Source: the human T2T-CHM13v2.0 reference genome, Homo sapiens
Assembly (NCBI RefSeq): GCF_009914755.1
Contig: NC_060943.1
DNA length: 64,000 nucleotides
Reading direction: 5' to 3' (one strand)
Each line of letters begins with the position of its first letter. Position 1 is the stretch's first letter. Positions 53,601 through 64,000 of this stretch are shown here, piece by piece. Position numbers and translations under genes: made by a program. The notes under the pieces were generated by a model. The model made no database searches and was not told the DNA's origin. It worked only from the letters and a program-made list of their open reading frames with translations.

Positions 53601-56600
53601 ATGTGTGCGTTCAACTCACAGAGTTTAACCTTTCTTTTCATAGAGCAGTTAGGAAACACTCTGTTTGTAAAGTCTGCAAGTGGATATTCAGACCTCTTTG
53701 AGGCCTTCGTTGGAAACGGGATTTCTTCATATTATGCTAGACAGAAGAATTCTCAGTAACTTCCTTGTGTTGTGAGTATTCAACTCACAGAGTTGAACGA
53801 TCCTTTACACAGAGCAGACTTGAAACACTCTTTTTGTGGAATTTGCAAGTGGAGATTTCAGCCGCTTTGAGGTCAATGGTAGAAAAGGAAATATCTTCGT
53901 ATAAAAACTAGACAGAATGATTCTCAGAAACTCCTTTGTGATGTGTGCATTCAACTCACAGAGTTTAACCTTTCTTTTCATAGAGCAGTTAGGAAACACT
54001 CTGTTTGTAAAGTCTGCAAGTGGATATTCAGACCTCCTTGAGGCCTTCGTTGGAAACGGGATTTCTTCATATTATGCTAGACAGAAGAATTCTCAGTAAC
54101 TTCCTTGTGTTGTGTGTATTCAACTCACAGAGTTGAACGATCCTTTACACAGAGCAGACTTGAAACACTCTTTTTCTGGAATTTGCAAGTGGAGATTTCA
54201 GCCGCTTTGAGGTCAATGGTAGAATAGGAAATATCTTCCTATAGAAACTAGACAGAATGATTCTCAGAAACTCCTTTGTGATGTGTGCGTTCAACTCACA
54301 GAGTTCAACCTTTCTTTTCATAGAGCAGTTGGGAAACACTCTGTTTGTAAAGTCTGCAAGTGGATATTCAGACTTCATTGAGGCCTTCGTTGGAAGCGGG
54401 ATTTCTTCATATTCTGCTAGACAGAAGAATTCTCAGTAACTTCCTTGTGTTGTGTGTATTCAACTCACAGAGTTGAATGATCCTTTACACAGAACAGACT
54501 TGAAACACTCTTGTTGTGGAATTTTCAAGTGGAGATTTCAGCCGCTTTGAGGTCAACGGTAGAATAGGTAATATCTTCCTATAGAAACTAGACAGAATGA
54601 TTCTCAGAAACTCCTCTGTGATGTGTGCGTTCAACTCACAGAGTTTAACCTTTCTTTTCATAGAGCAGTTAGGAAACACTCTGTTTGTAAAGTCTGCAAG
54701 TGGATATTCAGACCTCCTTGAGGTCTTCGTTGGAAACGGGATTTCTTCATATTATCCTAGACAGAAGAATTCTCAGTAACTTCCTTGTGTTGTGTGTACT
54801 CAACTCACAGAGTTGAACGATCCTTTACACAGAGCAGACTTGAAACACTCTTTTTGTGGAATTTGCAAGTGGAGATTTCAGCCGCTTTGAGGTCAATGGT
54901 AGAATAGGAAATATCTTCCTATAGAAACTAGACAGAATGATTCTCAGAAACTCCTTTGTGATGTGTGCGTTCAACTCACAGAGTTTAACCTTTCTTTTCA
55001 TAGAGCAGTTAGGAAACACTCTGTTTGTAAAGTCTGCAAGTGGATATTCAGACCTCCTTGAGGCCTTCGTTGGAAACGGGATTTCTTCATATTCTGCTAG
55101 AGAGAAGAATTCTCAGTAACTTCCTTGTGTTGTGTGTATTCCACTCACAGAGATCAACGATCCTTTACACAGAGCAGACTTGAAACACTCTTTTTGTGGA
55201 ATTTGCAAGTGGAGATTTCAGCCGCTTTGAGGTCAATAGTAGAATAGGAAATATCTTCCTATAGAAACTAGACAGAATGATTCTCAGAAACTCCTTTGTG
55301 ATGTGTGCGTTCAACTCACAGAGTTCAACCTTTCTTTTCATAGAGCAGTTAGGAAACACTCTGTTTGTAAAGTCTGCAAGTGGATATTCAGACCTCCTTG
55401 AGGCCTTCGTTGGAAACGTGATTTCTTCATATTATGCTAGACAGAAGAATTCTCAGTAACTTCCTTGTGTTGCGTGTATTCAACTCACAGAGTTGAACGA
55501 TCCTTTACACAGAGCAGACTTGAAACACTCTTTTTGTGTAATTTGCAAGTGGAGATTTCAGCCGCTTTGAGGTCAATGGTAGAATAGGAAATATCTTCCT
55601 ATAGCAACTAGACAGAATGATTCTCAGAAACTCCTTTGTGATGTGTGCATTCAACTCACAGAGTTTAACCTTTCTTTTCATAGAGCAGTTAGGAAACACT
55701 CTGTTTGTAAAGTCTGCAAGTGGATATTCAGACATCTTTGAGGCTTTCATTGGAAACGGGATTTCTTCATATTCTGCTAGACAGAAGAATTCTCAGAAAC
55801 TTCGTTGTGTTGTGTGTTTTCAACTCACAGAGTTCAACGATCTTTTACACAGAGTAGACTTGAAACACTCTATTTGTGGAATTGGCAGGGTGGAGATTTC
55901 AGCCGCTTTGAGGTCAATGGTAGAAAAGGAAATATCTTCGTATAAAAACTAGACAGAGTGATTCTCAGAAACTCCTTTGTGATGTCTGCGTTCAACTCAC
56001 AGAGTTTAACCTTTCTTTTCATAGAGCAGTTAGGAAACACTCTGTTTGTAAAGTCTGCAGGTGGATATTCAGACCTCCTTGAGGCCTTCGTTGGAAACGG
56101 GATTTCTTCATATTCTGCTATACAGAAGAATTCTCAGAAACTTCCTTGTGTTGTGTGTATTCAACTCACAGAGTTGAACGATCGTTTACACAGAGCAGAC
56201 TTGAGACACTCTTTTTGTGGAATTTGTAAGTGGAGATTTCAGCCGCTTTGAGGTCAATGGTAGAAAAGGAAATATCTTCATATAAAAACTAGACAGAATG
56301 ATTCTCAGAAACTCCTTTGTGATGTGTGCGTTCAACTCACAGAGTTTAACCTTTCTTTTCATAGAGCAGTTAGGAAACACTCTGTTTGTAAAGTCTGCAA
56401 GTGGATATTCAGACCTCTTTGAGGCCTTCGTTGGAAAAGGGATTTCTTCATATTATGCTAGACAGAAGAATTCTCAGTAACTTCCTTGTGTTGTGAGTAT
56501 TCAACTCACAGAGTTGAACGATCCTTTACACAGAGCAGACTTGAAACACTCTTTTTCTGGAATTTGCAAGTGGAGATTTCAGCCGCTTTGAGGTCAATGG

Positions 56601-59600
56601 TAGAATAGGAAATATCTTCCTATAGAAACTAGACAGAATGATTCTCAGAAACTCCTTTGTGATGTGTGCGTTCAACTCACAGAGTTCAACCTTTCTTTTC
56701 ATAGAGCAGTTGGGAAACACTCTGTTTGTAAAGTCTGCAAGTGGATATTCAGACTTCATTGAGGCCTTCGTTGGAAGCGGGATTTCTTCATATTCTGCTA
56801 GACAGAAGAATTCTCAGTAACTTCCTTGTGTTGTGTGTATTCAACTCACAGAGTTGAATGATCCTTTACACAGAACAGACTTGAAACACTCTTGTTGTGG
56901 AATTTTCAAGTGGAGATTTCAGCCGCTTTGAGGTCAACGGTAGAATAGGTAATATCTTCCTATAGAAACTAGACAGAATGATTCTCAGAAACTCCTTTGT
57001 GATGTGTGCGTTCAACTCACAGAGTTTAACCTTTCTTTTCATAGAGCAGTTAGGAAACACTCTGTTTGTAAAGTCTGCAAGTGGATATTCAGACCTCCTT
57101 GAGGTCTTCGTTGGAAACGGGATTTCTTCATATTATCCTAGACAGAAGAATTCTCAGTAACTTCCTTGTGTTGTGTGTACTCAACTCACAGAGTTGAACG
57201 ATCCTTTACACAGAGCAGACTTGAAACACTCTTTTTGTGGAATTTGCAAGTGGAGATTTCAGCCGCTTTGAGGTCAATGGTAGAATAGGAAATATCTTCC
57301 TATAGAAACTAGACAGAATGATTCTCAGAAACTCCTTTGTGATGTGTGCGTTCAACTCACAGAGTTTAACCTTTCTTTTCATAGAGCAGTTAGGAAACAC
57401 TCTGTTTGTAAAGTCTGCAAGTGGATATTCAGACCTCCTTGAGGCCTTCGTTGGAAACGGGATTTCTTCATATTCTGCTAGAGAGAAGAATTCTCAGTAA
57501 CTTCCTTGTGTTGTGTGTATTCAACTCACAGAGTTCAACGATCCTTTACACAGAGCAGACTTGAAACACTCTTTTTGTGGAATTTGCAAGTGGAGATTTC
57601 AGCCGCTTTGAGGTCAATAGTAGAATAGGAAATATCTTCCTATAGAAACTAGACAGAATGATTCTCAGAAACTCCTTTGTGATGTGTGCGTTCAACTCAC
57701 AGAGTTCAACCTTTCTTTTCATAGAGCAGTTAGGAAACACTCTGTTTGTAAAGTCTGCAAGTGGATATTCAGACCTCCTTGAGGCCTTCGTTGGAAACGT
57801 GATTTCTTCATATTATGCTAGACAGAAGAATTCTCAGTAACTTCCTTGTGTTGCGTGTATTCAACTCACAGAGTTGAACGATCCTTTACACAGAGCAGAC
57901 TTGAAACACTCTTTTTGTGGAATTTGCAAGTGGAGATTTCAGCCGCTTTGAGGTCAATGGTAGAATAGGAAATATCTTCCTATAGAAACTAGACAGAATG
58001 ATTCTCAGAAACTCCTTTGTGATGTGTGCATTCAACTCACAGAGTTTAACCTTTCTTTTCATAGAGCAGTTAGGTAACACTCTGTTTGTAAAGTCTGCAA
58101 GTGGATATTCAGACCTCTTTGAGGCCTTCGTTGGAAACGGGATTTTTTCATATTATGCCAGACAGAAGAATTCTCAGTAACTTCCTTGTGTTGTGTGTAT
58201 TCAACTCACAGAGTTGAACGATCCTTTACACAGAGCAGACTTGAAACACTCTTTTTGTGGAATTTGCAAGTGGAGATTTCAGCCGCTTTGAGGTCAATGG
58301 TAGAAAAGGAAATATCTTCGTATAAAAACTAGACAGAATGATTCTCAGAAACTCCTTTGGGATGTGTGCGTTCAACTCACAGAGTTTAACCTTTCTTTTC
58401 ATAGAGCAGTTAGGAAACACTCTGTTTGTAAAGTCTGCAAGTGGATATTCAGACTTCCTTGAGGCCTTCGTTGGAAACGGGATTTCTTCATATTATGCTA
58501 GACAGAAGAATTCTCAGTAACTTCCTTCTGTTGTGTGTATTCAACTCACAGAGTTGAACGATCCTTTACACAGAGCAGACTTGAAACACTCTTTTTGTGG
58601 AATTTGCAAGTGGAGATTTCAGCCGCTTTGAGGTCAACGGTAGAATAGGAAATATCTTCCTATAGAAACTAGACAGAATGATTCTGAGAAACTCCTTTGT
58701 GATGTGTGCGTTCAACTCACAGAGTTTAACCTTTCTTTTCATAGAGCAGTTAGGAAACACTCTGTTTTTAAAGTCTGCAAGTGGATATTCAGACCTCCTT
58801 GAGGCCTTCGTTGGAAACGGGATTTCTTCATATTATGCTAGACAGAAGAATTCTCAGTAACTTCCTTGTGTTGTGTGTATTCAACTCACAGAGTTGAACG
58901 ATCCTTTACACAGAGCAGACTTGAAACACTCTTTTTCTGGAATTTGCAAGTGGAGATTTCAGCCGCTTTGAGGTCAATTGTAGAATAGGAAATATCTTCC
59001 TATAGAAACTAGACAGAATGATTCTCAGAAACTCCTTTGTGATGTGTGCGTTCAACTCACAGAGTTCAACCTTTCTTTTCATAGAGCAGTTGGGAAACAC
59101 TCTGTTTGTAAAGTCTGCAAGTCGATATTCAGACTTCATTGAGGCCTTCGTTGGAAGCGGGATTTCTTCATATTCTGCTAGACAGAAGAATTCTCAGTAA
59201 CTTCCTTGTGTTGTGTGTATTCAACTCACAGAGTTGAATGATCCTTTACACAGAACAGACTTGAAACACTCTTGTTGTGGAATTTTCAAGTGGAGATTTC
59301 AGCCGCTTTGAGGTCAACGGTAGAATAGGTAATATCTTCCTATAGAAACTAGACAGAATGATTCTCAGAAACTCCTTTGTGATGTGTGCGTTCAACTCAC
59401 AGAGTTTAACCTTTCTTTTCATAGAGCAGTTAGGAAACACTCTGTTTGTAAAGTCTGCAAGTGGATATTCAGACCTCTTTGAGGCCTTCGTTGGAAACGG
59501 GATTTCTTCATATTATCCTAGACAGAAGAATTCTCAGTAACTTCCTTGTGTTGTGTGTATTCAACTCACAGAGTTGAACGATCCTTTACACAGAGCAGAC

Positions 59601-62190
59601 TTGAAACACTCTTTTTGTGGAATTTGCAAGTGGAGATTTCAGCCGCTTTGAGGTCAATGGTAGAAAAGGAAATATCTTCGTATAAAAACTAGACAGAATG
59701 ATTCTCAGAAACTCCTTTGTGATGTGTGCGTTCAACTCACAGAGTTTAACCTTTCTTTTCATAGAGCAGTTAGGAAACACTCTGTTTGTAAAGTCTGCAA
59801 GTGGATATTCAGACCTCCTTGAGGCCTTCGTTGGAAACGGGGTTTGTTCATATTATGCTAGACAGAAGAATTCTCAGTAACTTCCTTGTGTTGTGTGTAT
59901 TCAACTCACAGAGTTGAACGATCCTTTACACAGAGCATAGTTGAAACACTCTTGTTGTGGAATTTGCAAGTGGAGATTTCAGCCGCTTTGAGGTCAATGG
60001 TAGAATAGGAAATATCTTCCTATAGAAACTAGACAGAATGATTCTCAGAAACTCCTTTGTGATGTGTGCGTTCAACTCACAGAGTTTAACCTTTCTTTTC
60101 ATAGAGCAGTTAGGAAACACTCTGTTTGTAAAGTCTGCAAGTGGATATTCAGACATCCTTGAGGCTTTCGTTGGAAAAGGGATTTCTTCATATTCTGCTA
60201 GAAAGAAGAATTCTCAGAAACTTCCTTGAGTTGTGTGTATTCAACTCACAGAGTTGAACGATCGTTTACACAGAGCAGACTTGAGACACTCTTTTTGTGG
60301 AATTTGTAAGTGGAGATTTCAGCCGCTTTGAGGTCAATGGTAGAAAAGGAAATATCTTCATATAAAAACTAGACAGAATGATTCTCAGAAACTCCTTTGT
60401 GATGTGTGCGTTCAACTCACAGAGTTTAACCTTTCTTTTCATAGAGCAGTTAGGAAACACTCTGTTTGTAAAGTCTGCAAGTGGATATTCAGACCTCCTT
60501 GAGGCCTTCGTTGGAAACGGGATTTCTTCATATTCTGCTAGAGAGAAGAATTCTCAGTAAGTACCTTGTGTTGTGTGTATTCAACTCACAGAGTTCAACG
60601 ATCCTTTACACAGAGCAGACTTGAAACACTCTTTTTGTGGAATTTGCAAGTGGAGATTTCAGCCGCTTTGAGGTCAATAGTAGAATAGGAAATATATTCC
60701 TATAGAAACTAGACAGAATGATTCTCAGAAACTCCTTTGTGATGTGTGCGTTCAACTCACAGAGTTCAACCTTTCTTTTCATAGAGCAGTTAGGAAACAC
60801 TCTGTTTGTAAAGTCTGCAAGTGGATATTCAGACCTCCTTGAGGCCTTCGTTGGAAACGTGATTTCTTCATATTATGCTAGACAGAAGAATTCTCAGTAA
60901 CTTCCTTGTGTTGCGTGTATTCAACTCACAGAGTTGAACGATCCTTTACAAAGAGCAGACTTGAAACACTCTTTTTGGGGAATTTGCAAGTGGAGATTTC
61001 AGCCGCTTTGAGGTCAATGGTAGAATAGGGAATATCTTCCTATAGAAACTAGACAGAATGATTCTCAGAAACTCCTTTGTGATGTGTGCATTCAACTCAC
61101 AGAGTTTAACCTTTCTTTTCATAGAGCAGTTAGGTAACACTCTTTTTGTAAAGTCTGCAAGTGGATATTCAGACCTCTTTGAGGCCTTCGTTGGAAACGG
61201 GATTTTTTCATATTATGCCAGACAGAAGAATTCTCAGTAACTTCCTTGTGTTGTGTGTATTCAACTCACAGAGTTCAACGATCCTTTACACAGAGCAGAC
61301 TTGAAACACTCTTTTTGTGGAATTTGCAAGTGGAGATTTCAGCCGCTTTGAGGTCAATGGTAGAATAGGAAATATCTTCCTATAGAAACTAGACAGAATG
61401 ATTCTCAGAAACTCCTTTGTGATGTGTGCGTTCAACTCACAGAGTTTAACCTTTCTTTTCATAGAGCAGTTAGGAAACACTCTGTTTGTAAAGTATGCAA
61501 GTGGATATTCAGGCCTCTTTGAGGCCTTCGTTGGAAACGGGATTTCTTCATATTATGCTAGACAGAAGAATTCTCAGTAACTTCCTTGTGTTGTGTGTAT
61601 TCAACTCACAGAGTTGAACGATCCTTTACACAGAGCAGACTTGAAACACTCTTTTTGTGGAATTTGCAAGTGGAGATTTCAGCCGCTTTGAGGTCAATGG
61701 TAGAAAAGGAAATATCTTCGTATAAAAACTAGACAGAATGATTCTCAGAAACTCCTTTGTGATGTGTGCGTTCAACTCACAGAGTTTAACCTTTCTTTTC
61801 ATAGAGCAGTTAGGAAACACTCTGTTTGTAAAGTCTGCAATTGGATATTCAGACCTCCTTGAGGCCTTCGTTGGAAACGGGGTTTGTTCATATTATGCTA
61901 GACAGAAGAATTCTCAGTAACTTCCTTGTGTTGTGTGTATTCAACTCACAGAGTTGAACGATACTTTACACAGAGCATAGTTGAAACACTCTTGTTGTGG
62001 AATTTGCAAGTGGAGATTTCAGCCGCTTTGAGGTCAATGGTAGAATAGGAAATATCTTCCTATAGAAACTAGACAGAATGATTCTCAGAAACTCCTTTGT
62101 GATGTGTGCGTTCAACTCACAGATTTTAACCTTTCTTTTCATAGAGCAGTTAGGAAACACTCTGTTTGTAAAGTCTGCAAGTGGATATTC
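44660..62190 (+). repeat. Large tandem duplication (8162-bp, 24-dimer unit; second copy has lost 1 dimer and gained 4) containing a nested 2721-bp duplication
   Basis: Offsets are 8162 (44734/52896 to 48136/56298), then 7822 (48816/56638 to 50516/58338), then 9182 (50856/60038 to 52556/61738). Internal 2721 pairs: 45075/47796, 46095/48816, 47115/49836. Confidence 0.9.
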
Positions 62191-64000
62191 AGACCTCCTT
62201 GAGGCCTTCGTTGGAAACGGGATTTCTTCATATTCTGCTAGAGAGAAGAATTCTCAGTAACTTCCTTGTGTTGTGTGTATTCAACTCACAGAGTTCAACG
62301 ATCCTTTACACAGAGCAGACTTGAAACACTCTTTTTGTGGAATTTGCAAGTGGAGATTTCAGCCGCTTTGAGGTCAATAGTAGAATAGGAAATATATTCC
62401 TATAGAAACTAGACAGAATGATTCTCAGAAACTCCTTTGTGATGTGTGCGTTCAACTCACAGAGTTCAACCTTTCTTTTCATAGAGCAGTTAGGAAACAC
62501 TCTGTTTGTAAAGTCTGCAAGTGGATATTCAGACCTCCTTGAGGCCTTCGTTGGAAACGTGATTTCTTCATATTATGCTAGACAGAAGAATTCTCAGTAA
62601 CTTCCTTGTGTTGCGTGTATTCAACTCACAGAGTTGAACGATCCTTTACAAAGAGCAGACTTGAAACACTCTTTTTGGGGAATTTGCAAGTGGAGATTTC
62701 AGCCGCTTTGAGGTCAATGGTAGAATAGGAAATATCTTCCTATAGAAACTAGACAGAATGATTCTCAGAAACTCCTTTGTGATGTGTGCATTCAACTCAC
62801 AGAGTTTAACCTTTCTTTTCATAGAGCAGTTAGGTAACACTCTTTTTGTAAAGTCTGCAAGTGGATATTCAGACCTCTTTGAGGCCTTCGTTGGAAACGG
62901 GATTTTTTCATATTATGCCAGACAGAAGAATTCTCAGTAACTTCCTTGTGTTGTGTGTATTCAACTCACAGAGTTCAACGATCCTTTACACAGAGCAGAC
63001 TTGAAACACTCTTTTTGTGGAATTTGCAAGTGGAGATTTCAGCCGCTTTGAGGTCAATGGCAGAAAAGGAAATATCTTCGTATAAAAACTAGACAGAATG
63101 ATTCTCAGAAACTCCTTTGTGATGTGTGCGTTCAACTCACAGAGTTTAACCTTTCTTTTCATAGAGCAGTTAGGAAACACTCTGTTTGTAAAGTCTGCAA
63201 GTGGATATTCAGACCTCCTTGAGGCCTTCGTTGGAAACGGGATTTCTTCATATTATGCTAGACAGAAGAATTCTCAGTAACTTCCTTGTGTTGTGTGTAT
63301 TCAACTCACAGAGTTGAACGATCCTTTACACAGAGCAGACTTGAAACACTCTTTTTGTGGAATTTGCAAGTGGAGATTTCAGCCGCTTTGAGGTCAATGG
63401 TAAAATAGGAAATATCTTCCTATAGAAACTAGACAGAATGATTCTCAGAAACTCCTTTGTGATGTGTGCGTTCAACTCACAGAGTTTAACCTTTCTTTTC
63501 ATAGAGCAGTTAGGAAACACTCTGTTTGTAAAGTATGCAAGTGGATATTCAGGCCTCTTTGAGGCCTTCGTTGGAAACGGGATTTCTTCATATTATGCTA
63601 GACAGAAGAATTCTCAGTAACTTCCTTGTGTTGTGTGTATTCAACTCACAGAGTTGAACGATCCTTTACACAGAGCAGACTTGAAACACTCTTTTTGTGG
63701 AATTTGCAAGTGGAGATTTCAGCCGCTTTGAGGTCAATGGTAGAAAAGGAAATATCTTCGTATAAAAACTAGACAGAATGATTCTCAGAAACTCCTTTGT
63801 GATGTGTGCGTTCAACTCACAGAGTTTAACCTTTCTTTTCATAGAGCAGTTAGGAAACACTCTGTTTGTAAAGTCTGCAAGTGGATATTCAGACCTCCTT
63901 GAGGCCTTCGTTGGAAACGGGGTTTGTTCATATTATGCTAGACAGAAGAATTCTCAGTAACTTCCTTGTGTTGTGTGTATTCAACTCACAGAGTTGAACG
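60380..64000 (+). repeat. Local 5-6-dimer tandem duplication (offsets 1700 and 2040 bp)
   Basis: 60718/62418 and 61058/62758 (TACAAAGAG, TTTGGGGAA, GGTAACAC); 61398/63438 (GTATGCAA, CAGGCCTC); 61738/63778 (GGGGTTTG). Confidence 0.85.

Larger units (their letters stand above)
1..64000 (+). repeat. Centromeric alpha-satellite array, SF1 (J1/J2) 340-bp dimer, D1Z7/D5Z2/D19Z3 (S1C1/5/19H1L)-type; about 188 dimers head-to-tail
   Basis: Strict 340-bp period: ORF starts at 533, 873, 1213 ... 63778, with phase drifting only a few bp through small indels. Alternating 171/169-bp monomers carry alphoid motifs (TTCAACTCACAGAGTT, GAAACACTCTTTTTGTGGAATTTGCAAGTGGA). One EcoRI site and one CENP-B box per dimer. 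Family call is from recognising the SF1 dimer consensus; chromosome not determined. Confidence 0.97.

Noticed and set aside
81-63960. Hundreds of 60-111 aa ORFs (MILRNSF... on +, MFPNCSMKRK... on -)
   Set aside because: They recur once per satellite unit on both strands, are freely broken or extended by SNPs and indels, and show no recognisable domain or gene signals. Similar 'hypothetical proteins' in databases would most likely be alphoid contamination. Used here only as variant markers.
1-64000. CRISPR-like or other repeat-spacer array
   Set aside because: There are no unique spacers; the entire 340-bp unit is repeated at high identity.
1-64000. Transposon insertion, inversion or non-alphoid island
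   Set aside because: The ORF phase modulo 340 stays within 188-198 throughout, and every shift is explained by 1-2-bp indels. Orientation never flips.
1-64000. Specific chromosome (1, 5 or 19) or kinetochore-site assignment
   Set aside because: The HOR family is shared among these chromosomes. Assignment needs alignment to T2T assemblies, and kinetochore position is epigenetic.
1-64000. Defined centromeric ncRNA gene or promoter
   Set aside because: Alphoid transcription is known in general, but no start, end or promoter can be located from this sequence. TATAAAA in minor monomers is simply part of the repeat.

Overview
The whole 64 kb is one uninterrupted, single-orientation array of primate (almost certainly human) centromeric alpha-satellite DNA. 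It is built from a 340-bp EcoRI dimer (171-bp A-type monomer plus 169-bp CENP-B-box B-type monomer) in about 188 copies. The sequence matches the suprachromosomal family 1 (J1/J2) dimer of the D1Z7/D5Z2/D19Z3 (S1C1/5/19H1L) type; I cannot assign the chromosome by eye. I see no genes, RNA genes, transposons, inversions or CRISPR arrays, and the periodic ORFs are by-products of the repeat. I found no new gene system. The informative signal lies in the variants: (1) a cryptic ordered cycle of about 7 dimer types under the apparent dimer; (2) nested recent tandem duplications of 1, 2, 5-6, 7, 8, 9 and about 24 dimers; (3) chimeric monomers marking in-register breakpoints; (4) about 18% of CENP-B boxes broken, mostly by recurrent transversions; (5) a two-site haplotype that completes a perfect hairpin in the A-box. 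All counts and boundaries were made by eye and are approximate.
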